A stretch of 63,376 nucleotides of DNA, the filler included, from a bacterium (GTDB taxonomy: Bacteria > JACRDZ01 > JAQUKH01): the NCBI GenBank assembly GCA_028719205.1. It is 4 parts of 4 records of this genome, joined end to end, with 100 filler letters (N's around TTAATTAATTAA, not from the genome) between each part and the next. Parts side by side here need not be neighbours in the genome. Positions count along the whole stretch, not along the records: positions 33,570 to 49,145 come from JAQUKH010000046.1; positions 49,246 to 63,376 come from JAQUKH010000047.1; 2 more parts are not named here. The stretch is one strand, 5' to 3'. Positions 46,355 through 57,228 of this stretch are shown here, in pieces (positions within the stretch are counted from its first letter, which is position 1; each line of letters opens with the position of its first letter). The notes under the pieces are model-generated. The model saw nothing but the letters and a program-made list of their open reading frames with translations. It was not told the origin of the DNA and made no database searches. The position numbers were made by a program, and so were the translations under genes.

Positions 46355-46397
46355 ATTGTAATATTCAAATAATACGATAAAAGAAATGTATTGTCAA
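46355..46397 (-). promoter_or_regulatory. sigma70 promoter with ArsR-type 11-2-11 operator
   Basis: Minus strand TTGACA-N17-TATTAT; ATTGTAATATT-CA-AATAATACGAT (46355-46378), 9/11 symmetric. Confidence 0.7.
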
Positions 46398-46485
46398 GAT
46401 AATTATGAAAAATATAAATAATATTATATTGAATAAATATTATATAAAAGCTAAAATACACAAATATAAAATTAGAAAGGCCTCA

Positions 46486-47256
46486 ATGAAATTAGCGCGT
46501 TTTGTAAAAAACAACAAAATATATTACGGTGAAATATTTAATAGTAAAATAAAGGTTATAAAAGGCAATATCTTTAATGAATTTAAAGTTATTAATGAAG
46601 AGTTTAATATCGATGAAGTTAAAATATTAGCGCCTGTTTTGCCAAGCAAGATTGTATGCGTGGGATTAAATTACGCGGATCACGCGAAGGAGATGGGCCT
46701 TAAAACGCCCGACGAACCTGTTATTTTCATAAAACCTTCTACAAGCGTTATCGGGCCGGAGGATGATATTATTTATCCTGACTCTGTCAGCCAGCTCGAT
46801 TACGAAGCGGAACTGGCGATAATCATTAAAAATAGAATAAAAAATATAATACCCGCGGAAGCAAAAGAAAATATCCTCGGATATACATGTTTGAATGATG
46901 TCACAGCCCGCGACCTCCAGAGAAAAGACGGCCAATGGACGAGGGCAAAATCTTTCGACACGTTCTGTCCGATAGGGCCGTTTATTGTAAATGATATTGA
47001 CCCTGATAATTTATCAATAAAACTTTATTTGAACGGCCAAATAAAACAGGATTCCAATACCGGAAATTTTATTTTTAAAACCGATTTTGTGGTTTCTTTT
47101 ATTTCAAGGATTATGACGTTGTATCCGGGCGATATTATTTCCACCGGAACCCCGTCAGGGATCGGCCCTATGAATGTAAATGATAATGTGACTGTAGAGA
47201 TCGAAGGAATAGGCTCTTTAAAAAACAGTATAAAAAGAAAAACCCGATCAGATTAG
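46486..47256 (+). CDS. Fumarylacetoacetate hydrolase family protein
   Basis: KIVCVGLNYADH, DYEAEL, NDVTARDLQ, AKSFDTFCPIGP, TGTPSG; start at ATG 46486. Confidence 0.93.
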   Translation: MKLARFVKNNKIYYGEIFNSKIKVIKGNIFNEFKVINEEFNIDEVKILAPVLPSKIVCVGLNYADHAKEMGLKTPDEPVIFIKPSTSVIGPEDDIIYPDSVSQLDYEAELAIIIKNRIKNIIPAEAKENILGYTCLNDVTARDLQRKDGQWTRAKSFDTFCPIGPFIVNDIDPDNLSIKLYLNGQIKQDSNTGNFIFKTDFVVSFISRIMTLYPGDIISTGTPSGIGPMNVNDNVTVEIEGIGSLKNSIKRKTRSD

Positions 47257-47261
47257 AGAAA

Positions 47262-47290
47262 AACTGCCGGACTGTTAAAGTCCGGCAGTT
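47262..47290. terminator. Perfect 12-bp hairpin, probable terminator
   Basis: AACTGCCGGACT-GTTAA-AGTCCGGCAGTT right after the FAH stop. Confidence 0.65.
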
Positions 47291-47566
47291 ATAAAGGCCA
47301 CCACCCCAATTGTTTTGGCCCTTTTTTCTGTCTCCAACATTTGACCGGGACGATCCGATGAGAAAACCACCTCTCTATTTTTCCTCAATGACCGCTTCCA
47401 TTTAAATCTATATGCCACATAAAAAAAATCGTCAATTGATTTATAAAATTGGGGAGAAAATTAAACAAAATAAGCAGCGTTAAAGTTTTGCCATGCTGTA
47501 AAATATTAATACTAACTGTAAGTTTTAGTGTTATAATATAACCTATTTTAATTTATGGAGGAGTAA

Positions 47567-48124
47567 ATGAAAATAATAAATATAATTTCATCAGTAGTAA
47601 TGTTTTTATTTATGGCTTTAACCGGTTGTGGGGCTAACAAGTCCGATCCGGTGAATCCTACATCCGCACAGGTAATCTCTTTTACAGCTTCAGGTAGCCC
47701 ATCCACGAATTCAGTTTATCTTGAAAAGGTTTCAACAAATAACGACGAAATAACGCTGGCTATAAAGGTTAAGGAAGGCACGGACGTTTACGGGGCGGCG
47801 CCGACAATTACGTACGATGGGAGCAAAATAAATTTTGTCTCGGCAAGCGCTTCCGGAAGTTATCTGGGAAATGACCTTGCCTTTTTCGCGGTTAAGTTAA
47901 ATGATCAGGAAGGTACCTTGATAATAGGAATCGATAAGAAGGGAACCAGCGCCGGCACAGGTGGTGACGGGACGTTATTGACCATAGTTTTAAAGGCAAC
48001 TTCAACACAGTCAAATACAGCAATAGAGTTTAATACGACAAACAGTTTACTTTATAACTCACAACCAAAGTCGAATAACACAATTAGTAATACAACGTGG
48101 CTGGGCGGGAGTTTGAGCTACTGA
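47567..48124 (+). CDS. Cohesin-like domain lipoprotein
   Basis: LTGC lipobox; VYGAAPTITYDGSKINF, GSYL, GDGTLLTI, WLGG. Confidence 0.7.
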   Translation: MKIINIISSVVMFLFMALTGCGANKSDPVNPTSAQVISFTASGSPSTNSVYLEKVSTNNDEITLAIKVKEGTDVYGAAPTITYDGSKINFVSASASGSYLGNDLAFFAVKLNDQEGTLIIGIDKKGTSAGTGGDGTLLTIVLKATSTQSNTAIEFNTTNSLLYNSQPKSNNTISNTTWLGGSLSY

Positions 48125-48174
48125 TAAAAAGTTAATAGTAGAATAAAAAATAGATTTTTTGGAGGGGTAATATT

Positions 48175-49145
48175 ATGAATAAAAAAATTAGAATATTTTA
48201 TTTAGCGTTATTATTTCTGGCAGGTACTTCAGTCAAGGCCCTTGCTGTTTCCGCCATTGACGGGTTCGACCCGAATGCTAACGGCATTGTCTATTCCCTT
48301 GCAGTCCAGCCTGACGGCAAGATACTGGCTGGGGGAGATTTCACAACCATTGGAGGCCAGGCGAGAAACTACATAGCGAGGCTCAATTCCGACGGAACCG
48401 CTGATACGACATTCAACGCGGGCGCTGTTGATGGCGATGTCAATTTCCTTGCAGTCCAGCCTGACGGCAAGATACTGGCTGGGGGAGATTTCACAACCAT
48501 TGGAGGCCAGGCGAGAAACTACATAGCGAGGCTCAATTCCGACGGAAGCGCTGATACGACATTCAACGCGGGCGCTGTTAATAGCATTGTCTACTCCCTC
48601 GCAGTCCAACCTGATGGCAAGGTACTGGTCGGGGGAGCTTTCACAACCATTGGAGGCCAGGCGAGAAACCGCATAGCGAGGCTCAATTCCGACGGAAGTG
48701 CTGATACGACATTCGACGCGGGTAGTGTTAATGGCAGTGTCAGTTCCCTTGCAGTCCAGTCTGACGGCAAGATACTGGCAGGGGGAGCTTTCACGGCCAT
48801 GGGAGGCCAGGCGAGAAACTACATAGCGAGGCTCAATTCCGACGGAAGCGCTGATACGACATTCAACGCGGGCGCTGTTAATAGCATTGTCTACTCTCTC
48901 GCAGTCCAGCCTGATGGCAAGGTACTGGCCGGGGGAGATTTCACAACCATTGGAGGCCAGGCGAGAAACTACATAGCGAGGCTCAATTCCGACGGAAGCG
49001 CTGATACGACATTCAACGCGGGCACTGTTAATAGCATTGTCTACTCCCTCGCAGTCCAGCCTGATGGCAAGGTACTGGCGGGGGGAGATTTCACAACCAT
49101 TGGAGGCCAGGCGAGAAACTACATAGCGAGGCTCAATTCCGACGG
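48175..49145 (+). CDS. Secreted delta-60 repeat (DUF5122) beta-propeller protein, truncated by gap
   Basis: Signal peptide; LAVQPDGKILAGGDFT...RNYIARLNSDGSADTTF repeats. Confidence 0.9.
48280..49145 (+). repeat. 150-bp near-identical intragenic tandem repeats (6 units)
   Basis: GCAGTCCA at 48301, 48451, 48601, 48751, 48901, 49051. Confidence 0.95.
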
Positions 49146-49245
49146 NNNNNNNNNNNNNNNNNNNNNNNNNNNNNNNNNNNNNNNNNNNNTTAATTAATTA
49201 ANNNNNNNNNNNNNNNNNNNNNNNNNNNNNNNNNNNNNNNNNNNN
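49146..49245. other. Artificial contig linker
   Basis: N-run with TTAATTAATTAA. Confidence 0.97.
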
Positions 49246-49787
49246 CCCCCACTTCAAAGTCCGACCCGTGGAGGTTCTTTCTTAAGAATATAACGGGCAT
49301 AAACATTTCCCATAACAGCAAATTCCAACAGGTTACTTGCCCGACAGTCTGCATTTGCTCCTATATCCAATAGAACTGAGTCTCCTGTTAAGGTCGGCAT
49401 TAAAGTCGCAAGCGCGGGCCTGCTTATGCCTTTTAACCGGCCCAATTCAAATAAACAGGCAGTCATAACGGCACCTGTACTTCCAGCGCTGACCACAGCA
49501 TCCGCTTTGCCTTCTTTGACCAATCTAACAGCCACGACTATAGAAGAATCTCTTTTTTTCCTGACCGCCATAGCCGGTAATTCATCCATAGTAATTACCT
49601 CTTTTGCGTTTACTATTGTCAAAGGCAAATTATGGCTATTATTATGTTTCTTCAATTCACTCTTGATCCGGTTTTCGTCCCCGACAAGAACAATCTCTAT
49701 TCCAAGCTGTGACGCGGCATTAACAGCTCCCTCTATTTCTATACGCGGAGAATTATCCCCGCCCATAGCATCCAAAGCTATTTTCAT
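49246..49787 (-). CDS. plsX: Phosphate acyltransferase PlsX, 3'-truncated at contig end
   Basis: MKIALDAMGGD, VSAGSTGA, RPAL, LDIGANAD, PRVGL; GGAG SD before ATG 49787. Confidence 0.93.
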
Positions 49788-49797
49788 AATGACTCCG

Positions 49798-49858
49798 GTA
49801 GGGGCGAACCCATGTGTTCGCCCTTCATAATTGGGCAGACACATGGGTCTGCCCCTAC
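49798..49858. repeat. GTAG-type REP doublet (REPIN-like)
   Basis: GTAGGGGCGAACCCATGTGTTCGCCC-N9-GGGCAGACACATGGGTCTGCCCCTAC. Confidence 0.8.
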
Positions 49859-49862
49859 AATT

Positions 49863-50042
49863 TTATATTTCAACCTTCATCTCTTCCTGCCCTGCATAGT
49901 ATCCGCAATTAGGACAAATCCTATGCGGTAATTTTTTCTCATGACACTGAGGGCAAGTCGATAAATTTGACGCGGTCAATTTTTTATTTGTCCGCCTTAG
50001 GTCACGGCGGGCAGATGAATGTCTCCTGGTTGGTAAAGCCAT
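49863..50042 (-). CDS. rpmF: 50S ribosomal protein L32 (Zn-ribbon type), missed by ORF track
   Basis: MALPTRRHSSARRDLRR...CPQC...PHRICPNCGYY; AAGGAGG SD; yceD-rpmF-plsX synteny. Confidence 0.95.
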   Translation of the reverse strand: MALPTRRHSSARRDLRRTNKKLTASNLSTCPQCHEKKLPHRICPNCGYYAGQEEMKVEI

Positions 50043-50062
50043 TTGTTTTCCTCCTTAAGTTA

Positions 50063-50614
50063 TTAATTTATTTTTTTTGTTTTATTTTGTTTTGTTTTTT
50101 CCAGTTTATTTTTAATTTCTTTCAACGCCTCCCAGCGTATATCAGTCTCTTCCTGAACACAGGAACATTTTTTAACATTTAAATTTTGGCCGCAATTAGG
50201 ACAAATTCCTTTGCATTCCGCCTTGCATAATATCTTTATCGGAATCGCCAAAAGCAAGTCTTCTTTAATTTCATTTTCCAGATCGATCTCTTCATTTTTT
50301 ATTAAAACCGCGCTTAAAATATCTTCTTCAATTTTTTCATCTGCTATATCTTCCTCTATTAACCGGTATTCCCGGCTAAATTCAATTTTTGCCGTTTGAG
50401 GAAAAGGAATTAAGCACCGGTTACAAATCAAATCCCAGTCCACATTGATCTCACCAAAAGCAAAAAAACCAAAATCTTCTTTCTGAATATGAATATTAGC
50501 CGTAACTTCTTTTAATTTTTCCAGCTGTTCATGTTCAACATTTAATTCAGCCAGATTCTCTGAAAATTCAAGGTCCAGGCCCTCTTCAGGAATATCATTA
50601 ATTTTTATTTTCAT
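50063..50614 (-). CDS. yceD: YceD/DUF177 protein
   Basis: CNRCL, LLAIPIKILC...CKGICPNCGQNLN...CSC, DIRWEAL. Confidence 0.9.
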   Translation of the reverse strand: MKIKINDIPEEGLDLEFSENLAELNVEHEQLEKLKEVTANIHIQKEDFGFFAFGEINVDWDLICNRCLIPFPQTAKIEFSREYRLIEEDIADEKIEEDILSAVLIKNEEIDLENEIKEDLLLAIPIKILCKAECKGICPNCGQNLNVKKCSCVQEETDIRWEALKEIKNKLEKTKQNKTKKIN

Positions 50615-52002
50615 TTTAAGAACTCATTTATGGCACGGGCAGCGGCTTTTCCCGCACCCATGGCTTTAATAACCGTTGCGGCGCCTGTCACAACATCCCC
50701 GCCCGCGAATACACCCGGCATAACAGTGGCCCCATTTTCATTTGCTACAACAGTGCCTCTCTCTGTAGTTTTCAGTGCAGGCGTAGCCTGAAAAAGCAAA
50801 GGATTAGGGCTCTGCCCGATAGCTGAAATAACAGTATTCATCTTCATTATAAACTCCGATCCCTTGATAGGCACAGGACTTCTCCTGCCGGAAGCATCAG
50901 GTTCACCCAACTCCATCCGTATGCATTCCATACCTTCAACAGAACCATTAATATCTGCTAATACCCTGGTCGGATATGTCAAAATCTCAAAATTTATACC
51001 TTCCTCTTTGGCATGTTCGATCTCCTCTTGTCGCGCAGGCATTTCTTTTTCACTCCTGCGGTAAACAATAGAAACTTTCTTCGCGCCTAACCGCAACGCC
51101 ACTCTCGCGGAATCCATAGCAACATTTCCGGCGCCAATTACAGAAACATTTTCTCCAATGGCCACAGGAGTATCATATTCCGGAAAACGATAGGCCTTCA
51201 TTAAATTAACCCTTGTTAAAAATTCATTCGCGGAATAAACTCCATTAAAATTTTCTCCCGGTATATGAAGAAAATGAGGCAATCCCGCGCCTGTACCAAG
51301 AAAAACTGCCTTAAAATTATCTTTGAATAATTCATCAAGCGTTAATATTTTTCCGATAACCATATTTAATTTGAATTCTACACCAAGTTTCCTGATATTT
51401 TCAACTTCAATATCTAAAATTTTCTTTGGTAATCTGAATTCCGGTATACCATATCTCAAAACCCCTCCCGTATCATGCAATGATTCAAATACATGCACAG
51501 TATAACCCATCCGGACCAAATCCGCGGCTGCGGACAAACCCGCGGGACCTGAACCGATAACAGCCACTTTTTTACCTTTGGCTTTTGGCATTTCAATACC
51601 GGCAAAAACACCGCTTGATATTTCATGATCCGCGGCAAACCGTTCCAGCCTGCCGATAGCAACAGGTTCATATTTTTTACCTAAAACACAATACTTCTCG
51701 CATTGTGATTCCTGCGGACAAACCCTGCCGCAAATAGCAGGCAAATTATTTTTTTCTTTTATCTTGCTGATCGCGGATTTGAAATCTCCATCCTGGATAA
51801 ATTTAATAAATTCAGGGATATCAACCTCTACCGGACATCCCGCCTTACATGTTGGTTTTTTGCACTGCAGGCACCTGCCCGCTTCTTCTTTCGCGTCAGC
51901 GTCTGAATATCCTAAAGAAACTTCATTAAAATTTTTCGCGCGAAGTTCAGGTTTCTGCTCAGAAACTTTTGTGCGTTTTTCTTTTATTGCCGGCATCTGC
52001 AT
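50611..52002 (-). CDS. nfnB: NfnB/GltA-like large subunit of NADH-dependent reduced ferredoxin:NADP oxidoreductase
   Basis: RCLQC..P.C..GCPV, CGRVCPQE.QCE, GSGPAG, YGIPEFRLPK, GAGNVAMD; start may be 51996. Confidence 0.88.
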   Translation of the reverse strand: MQMPAIKEKRTKVSEQKPELRAKNFNEVSLGYSDADAKEEAGRCLQCKKPTCKAGCPVEVDIPEFIKFIQDGDFKSAISKIKEKNNLPAICGRVCPQESQCEKYCVLGKKYEPVAIGRLERFAADHEISSGVFAGIEMPKAKGKKVAVIGSGPAGLSAAADLVRMGYTVHVFESLHDTGGVLRYGIPEFRLPKKILDIEVENIRKLGVEFKLNMVIGKILTLDELFKDNFKAVFLGTGAGLPHFLHIPGENFNGVYSANEFLTRVNLMKAYRFPEYDTPVAIGENVSVIGAGNVAMDSARVALRLGAKKVSIVYRRSEKEMPARQEEIEHAKEEGINFEILTYPTRVLADINGSVEGMECIRMELGEPDASGRRSPVPIKGSEFIMKMNTVISAIGQSPNPLLFQATPALKTTERGTVVANENGATVMPGVFAGGDVVTGAATVIKAMGAGKAAARAINEFLK

Positions 52003-52853
52003 TCTCCCTTGTCTTTCGACGCCTTTTCTAACATATTTCTATATAACAAAAGTGATTCTTTTTCTTCTTTTGTAAAACGCCGCTGTCTCAATGAAAGTTC
52101 ATCAAAATCTACTGTAAGCCCGTCAAAATCAGGGCCATCCACACAGGCAAATTTCACTTTACCGCCGACCGTGACACGGCAGCATCCGCACATTCCTGTT
52201 CCATCCACCATTATCGCGTTTAAACTCACTGTTGTAGGAATATTACAGGGTTTAGTCACCTTGCAAACTGCCTTCATCATAGGTAAAGGGCCTATCGCGA
52301 TCACTTTATCAATATGCACATTGTCTTTTAATAATTTGCTCAAAACATCCGTAACAAATCCATGTACGCCTTCTGTCCCATCATCAGTAACAATATGCAG
52401 TTCATCACTCGCGGCTTTCATCTTATCCCGCCAGAAAAGAAGATTACTGCTTCTTGATCCGATAATGGAGATAACCTTATTACCCGCTTCTTTTAGCGCT
52501 CTTGCTTGCGGATAAACAGGAGCAGTGCCTATTCCGCCACCGATACAAACTATTGTACCATATTTTTCAACATGAATGGGAACTCCTAACGGGCCGACAA
52601 AATCAAGTATGGAATCCCCTTCTTTTAAGCCTGCTAATTTTTCCGTGGTTTTTCCTACCTCCTGGAAAATAGAGGTTATAGTGCCTTTTTTCGGGTCAAA
52701 ATCAGCTATGGTAAGAGGGATCCGTTCCCCGTATTTATCAATACGTAGAATAAAAAACTGACCTGCCTTAGCCTTTTTACTTACTTCTTTTGCCTCTACA
52801 ACAATTAAATGCTGTTTAGGCCCTAAACTCTTTTTTTCTACAATTTTATACAT
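51984..52853 (-). CDS. nfnA: NfnA/SudB-like small subunit
   Basis: GERIPLTIAD, GPLG, GGGIGTAP, MVDGTGMCGCCR, ACVDGPDF. Confidence 0.9.
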   Translation of the reverse strand: MYKIVEKKSLGPKQHLIVVEAKEVSKKAKAGQFFILRIDKYGERIPLTIADFDPKKGTITSIFQEVGKTTEKLAGLKEGDSILDFVGPLGVPIHVEKYGTIVCIGGGIGTAPVYPQARALKEAGNKVISIIGSRSSNLLFWRDKMKAASDELHIVTDDGTEGVHGFVTDVLSKLLKDNVHIDKVIAIGPLPMMKAVCKVTKPCNIPTTVSLNAIMVDGTGMCGCCRVTVGGKVKFACVDGPDFDGLTVDFDELSLRQRRFTKEEKESLLLYRNMLEKASKDKGECRCRQ

Positions 52854-52877
52854 TTTGTCACCTTTTTAAAACACATT

Positions 52878-52903
52878 AAAAAACCCACAAAAAATCTGTG
52901 GGC
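52878..52903 (-). terminator. Rho-independent terminator after ndk
   Basis: Minus strand GCCCACA-N7-TGTGGGT followed by T-run. Confidence 0.65.
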
Positions 52904-52933
52904 TGACTTTGAAAAGGCAGTGTATAACCCCCT

Positions 52934-53347
52934 CTACAATAATTCTTCCGCTTTAAAAAAATATCCCACTTCAAATTGAGCTGATTCCGTCGAATCAGAA
53001 CCGTGAATAGCATTGCGTTCAATACTTTCAGCAAAATCTTTCCTTATAGTCCCAGCTTCCGCGTTTGACGGATTTGTAGCCCCGATCAATTTCCGCGCGT
53101 CTTTTACCGCGTTATCCTTTTTCAATGAAATTACAAATACCGGCCCGGAGGTCATAAAATCTACTAAGCTTCCAAAAAACGGCCTTTCTTTATGCACATA
53201 ATAAAAGCCTTCAGCCTTTTTCTTATCCATTTTAATAAATTTCGCGCCGCTTAATTTAAACCCGTTATTTTCAAATCTTTTAATAATATCCCCGCTGAAA
53301 TTTTTCCCTACCGCGTCCGGTTTAACGATAATTAATGTGCGTTCCAT
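52934..53347 (-). CDS. ndk: Nucleoside diphosphate kinase
   Basis: [29 protein letters not shown]. Confidence 0.97.
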   Translation of the reverse strand: MERTLIIVKPDAVGKNFSGDIIKRFENNGFKLSGAKFIKMDKKKAEGFYYVHKERPFFGSLVDFMTSGPVFVISLKKDNAVKDARKLIGATNPSNAEAGTIRKDFAESIERNAIHGSDSTESAQFEVGYFFKAEELL

Positions 53348-53467
53348 GATGTTCCTTTCTTTACTTAAAAATTAGATATAACTTTTAAATACTAAATTTG
53401 AAAATAGAAAATTGACCGAAATCGGGATCTTTTAATCTAATTTCAATTGCCGATTCTCGATTTCTCT

Positions 53468-53496
53468 GTTTTTGTCCGCATTAAGCGAACAAAAAC
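53468..53496 (-). terminator. Hairpin downstream of tRNA
   Basis: GTTTTTGTCCGC-N5-GCGAACAAAAAC. Confidence 0.5.
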
Positions 53497-53573
53497 TGGT
53501 GGGCCCACCTGGACTTGAACCAGGGACCCGCTGATTATGAGTCAGCTGCTCTAACCAACTGAGCTATGGGCCC
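53497..53573 (-). tRNA. tRNA-Ile2 (CAT anticodon, lysidine type); tRNA-Met(e) less likely
   Basis: GGGCCCATAGCTCAGTTGGTTAGAGCAGCTGACTCATAATCAG...GGGCCCACCA; follows rpoD. Confidence 0.85.
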
Positions 53574-53658
53574 ACTTTTGCTTATTCAATATCGTAAATA
53601 AAAATTTACAGAAAGCAGTTATTATATCTTAGAATTATAATTAATGCAACTTTAAATT

Positions 53659-55398
53659 TTATTCAAGAAATGCCCGGAGTTTTTTACTTCTGCTGGGGTG
53701 GCGCAGCTTACGTAATGCCTTTGTTTCTATCTGTCTGACACGTTCGCGGGTTACATTAAAAGCGGCCCCTACTTCTTCCAGAGTTCTCGGATATCCGTCC
53801 CCGATCCCAAAACGCAGCATAAGAACTCTTTCTTCTTTTTCTGTCAAAGTTGATAATACTCCTTTCATCTGCTCCTGAAGCATTAAAAAGGTTGCCGCGC
53901 GGGCGGGCGAAACAGCTGATTTATCCTCAATAAAATCCCCAAGATGGCTGTCATCTTCTTCGCCGATAGGCGTCTCTAAAGAAATCGGCTCCTGCGCTAT
54001 ACGTAAGATCTTTCTCACGCGATCCAGAGGAAGTTTCATTATCTCCGCTATTTCCTCAGGCCTTGGCTCACGGCCATATTCCTGGACTAACTGCCTGGAT
54101 ACGCGAACCAGTTTATTGATCGCCTCGATCATATGGACCGGAATTCGGATAGTTCTTGCCTGGTCGGCAATAGCTCTCGTAATTGCCTGTCTGATCCACC
54201 ATGTAGCATAGGTACTGAATTTATAACCGCGCTGATATTCAAATTTATCTACCGCCCTCATCAAACCAATATTCCCTTCCTGTATCAGGTCAAGAAACTG
54301 CAGGCCGCGGTTAGTATATTTTTTCGCGATACTTATAACCAGCCTCAGATTTGACTCAACCAGTTTCATTTTGGCGTTATAAGCCTCCTTTTCGCCTTCT
54401 TTTATTTTTAAAACTAATTCCTTAAGTGACTCTCTTGAATAACTTGTTTCATCTTCAATCACTTTTATTTTTTTCAAATTGATATTAACATCTTTTATTC
54501 TTTTTTCAACTTCATCCAATGTCATATTTGAATTCATTTTGGCTTTTATACCTGAACTCAATTTTTTAAAACTATGTTTTTTAACATCAACCAGTTCTTC
54601 AACGCTCAAACCTGTTGCCTGTTCGATCTTGCGAATTTCTTCTTCCGCTTTTCTGATCCTTGCTACCTGCCCTTTTACCCTTGAAACGATCTTTTTAAAC
54701 TCACGGTGGCTGAAATTAATTTTCCCTATCAACTCGATCAATTTTTGATAAGATTTATCTATCTCCGCCTGGACCAACTTCTTTCTCTTTACTTTTAATT
54801 TACCTTTTTTTAATTTATTATTTAAAGATGAAAATGTCTTTCTTTCCTTTATTATTTCCAGTAAAAGTTTTTTTACGCGTTTTAGTTCCTCTTTTTCATC
54901 CGCAGGGGAAAGAGTCTCCCTTACCCCGATATTTATTACATCCTCAACTTTAATTTGTTTTTCAAACAATTTTTTATATAAATTATTTGCCTCATCCAGC
55001 ATAAAATTAGTTCCAATAACCAGATTTTCTACATGTTTTTCTCCCGCCTCAATTGCCTTTGCGAGCTTAACTTCTCCTTCTCTGGTCAAAAGAGGAACCC
55101 TGCCCATAGCACGAAGATACATCCGCACAGGGTCATCGATTTTCACGCCTTTAGGAATAGCCAGATCTATCAAAACCTCTTCATGCGGCACTTTTTCTTC
55201 CACGTGTTCGATCCCAATACCGGAAACCACATTGATATTCATCTTTTTGAGTTTAATAAGAAATTCATCGATCTGATCGGGATGGACTACCTCTTCAGGC
55301 AGAAAATCATTCAATTCAGTATATGTAATATAACCCCTCTCTTTACCCAAATTTATCAATTCTTTTGTAGCTTCCAGGTCCATAAGGTCTTTTTTCAC
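53659..55398 (-). CDS. rpoD: RNA polymerase sigma factor RpoD
   Basis: Region 1.1, [47 protein letters not shown]. Confidence 0.97.
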   Translation of the reverse strand: MKKDLMDLEATKELINLGKERGYITYTELNDFLPEEVVHPDQIDEFLIKLKKMNINVVSGIGIEHVEEKVPHEEVLIDLAIPKGVKIDDPVRMYLRAMGRVPLLTREGEVKLAKAIEAGEKHVENLVIGTNFMLDEANNLYKKLFEKQIKVEDVINIGVRETLSPADEKEELKRVKKLLLEIIKERKTFSSLNNKLKKGKLKVKRKKLVQAEIDKSYQKLIELIGKINFSHREFKKIVSRVKGQVARIRKAEEEIRKIEQATGLSVEELVDVKKHSFKKLSSGIKAKMNSNMTLDEVEKRIKDVNINLKKIKVIEDETSYSRESLKELVLKIKEGEKEAYNAKMKLVESNLRLVISIAKKYTNRGLQFLDLIQEGNIGLMRAVDKFEYQRGYKFSTYATWWIRQAITRAIADQARTIRIPVHMIEAINKLVRVSRQLVQEYGREPRPEEIAEIMKLPLDRVRKILRIAQEPISLETPIGEEDDSHLGDFIEDKSAVSPARAATFLMLQEQMKGVLSTLTEKEERVLMLRFGIGDGYPRTLEEVGAAFNVTRERVRQIETKALRKLRHPSRSKKLRAFLE

Positions 55399-57161
55399 TT
55401 TTCGTTCCTCCTTCGAGTTGTATTATCTAATTCCTGATATTTTATTAATAAATCTTTCACACGGCTGTCATCATTTTTTTCCTGGGCGAACCTGATCTCG
55501 GATGACATCATTTTAAGCTTGTCCTGCGTTGTATTGATCTTAATTTTTTGTATATAATCATTTAAATATTTCATCTCATTCCCATAGTAATCCACATCCT
55601 CGCAAACCAACTCGGAAACAATATTCTGAACCTCTTTCTCGCCCAACCAACCATTCATAATACGGTTTATGTCAATATCCTTACTAACAGAGTAAAAATT
55701 CAGCAATTCTTCATAAATACGCCGGCATATAATATTTTTAAAATGTTCACCGGATAATACATCCTTAGTATTTAAGATAAGATCCGGCCTCTTAATTAAA
55801 AGCTGAATTATTTTTTTCTCAACATTTTTGCTTTTATTTTCAATATCCAAAATTTTCGATAAATTATTACTGTCCCGTTTTCCTTCCCTTAATTTTTGCA
55901 AGGTTAAAATTACAAGATCCTCTTTGAGATAAAGTTTATCGGCAATCTTTTTGATATAGTTATCTTTTTCAATCGGATTTGGAGAATTATAAATAATATC
56001 TGCCAATGCCTCTATGACCTTGGTTTTACCGGATATTGTCTTGATATCATTTTTTTTCAAAGATTGACTAAAACAAAAATCAAAAAAATCAAGCGATAAA
56101 TCCCTAAGCTTAATAAACGCGTCCTTTTTCTTAGAAAGAAGAAAAATATCCGGATCCTTGCCATCCGGCAAACAAAGGACTTTTACGTCAATACCCTCTT
56201 TTTTTACTAATTCCATACCTCTAAGCGCCGCTGATTGTCCGGCTGTATCCGGATCGTATACAAAATAGATCCTCTCGCACAACCGGCTTAACAAACGGAT
56301 CTGATCGGCAGTCAACGCAGTCCCAAGAGTAGCAACAGTATTCTCTACACCTGATATCTGCATCCGGATAAGGTCGAAATATCCTTCAACTATAAATACA
56401 CTGCCTTCATTGCGAATACTGTCTTTCGCGAAATTCAATCCATATAAAATCTCACCCTTGTGATATATCCTGCTATCAGGTGAATTTAAATATTTAGGCA
56501 TGCTATTATCTAAAACACGGCCGCCAAAACCTAATATCCTGTTTTTAATATCAAATATCGGAAAAATAACCCTATTCCTGAACTTGGGATAATAACCGCT
56601 CTCGCCCTTTACTAAAAGTCCGGCGGCCAGCATATCATTCTGCGAAAATCCCCTGCGTAAAAAATCGTCTTTTATCTTAAGCGAGGCATACCCGATCTTA
56701 TATTTAGAAATTGTTTTCGCGTCTATATCCCTGTTTTTTAAATATGATCTGGCACCGGCCGCTTCTTCCGAATTAAGCAAATTTTTGTGATAATATTCAC
56801 CCGCTTCATCTATTAATCTTAATAATCCTTTTTTTTCTTCTTCTTTCTTAGCATCATGTTTTTCACTGGAAACAATCTCAATGCCTGCCCGTTCCGCCAG
56901 TATTTTTACGGCATCCGGAAATTCAATATTTTCCCGTTTCATCAGAAAACTAAAAACATTACCTCCAACGCCGCATCCAAAACAATGAAATATCTGTTTT
57001 TGCGTATTTACAACAAAAGATGGAGTTTTTTCCGCGTGAAAAGGGCATAAAGCCTTAAAATTAGCGCCATTCCGTTTCAAAGAAACATACTCTGAAATTA
57101 CATCAGCAATATTATTCCGCTCTCTGATCTTATCAATTATTTCTTCTGATATAAAAGGCAC
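55395..57161 (-). CDS. dnaG: DNA primase
   Basis: CPFH.EKTPSF, HCFGC, FGGR, KYLNSP, VEGYFD, YDPD. Confidence 0.97.
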   Translation of the reverse strand: MPFISEEIIDKIRERNNIADVISEYVSLKRNGANFKALCPFHAEKTPSFVVNTQKQIFHCFGCGVGGNVFSFLMKRENIEFPDAVKILAERAGIEIVSSEKHDAKKEEEKKGLLRLIDEAGEYYHKNLLNSEEAAGARSYLKNRDIDAKTISKYKIGYASLKIKDDFLRRGFSQNDMLAAGLLVKGESGYYPKFRNRVIFPIFDIKNRILGFGGRVLDNSMPKYLNSPDSRIYHKGEILYGLNFAKDSIRNEGSVFIVEGYFDLIRMQISGVENTVATLGTALTADQIRLLSRLCERIYFVYDPDTAGQSAALRGMELVKKEGIDVKVLCLPDGKDPDIFLLSKKKDAFIKLRDLSLDFFDFCFSQSLKKNDIKTISGKTKVIEALADIIYNSPNPIEKDNYIKKIADKLYLKEDLVILTLQKLREGKRDSNNLSKILDIENKSKNVEKKIIQLLIKRPDLILNTKDVLSGEHFKNIICRRIYEELLNFYSVSKDIDINRIMNGWLGEKEVQNIVSELVCEDVDYYGNEMKYLNDYIQKIKINTTQDKLKMMSSEIRFAQEKNDDSRVKDLLIKYQELDNTTRRRNEK

Positions 57162-57228
57162 AACTTAAACCCCGTTCTTTAATTAAACTTATTATATATA
57201 CCAATTTTTTTTAATCGTAAACTAAATA

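Noticed and set aside
47276-47400. Minus-strand frame ...ETEKRAKTIGVVAFIT resembling a receiver-domain C-terminus
   Set aside because: Too short and degenerate to support a pseudogene call without a search.
48280-49145. Possible DGR template/variable repeats or CRISPR
   Set aside because: In-frame coding tandem repeats, differences are not adenine-specific and no reverse transcriptase is present.
16919-49245. TTAATTAATTAA palindrome repeated three times within N-runs
   Set aside because: Identical 100-nt artificial linkers; not biological, and cross-gap gene order cannot be interpreted.
49246-49256. Premature TGA in plsX (PRVGL*)
   Set aside because: Within about 10 nt of the contig end where LLxxG is expected; probably an end-of-contig error rather than pseudogenisation.
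49788-49844. N-terminal extension of PlsX (MCLPNYEGRTHGFAPTGVI)
   Set aside because: Translation of the REP doublet; the real start with SD is 49787.
50611-52002. Call as true glutamate synthase small subunit
   Set aside because: No gltB nearby; pairing with the SudB/NfnA-type gene indicates NfnAB.
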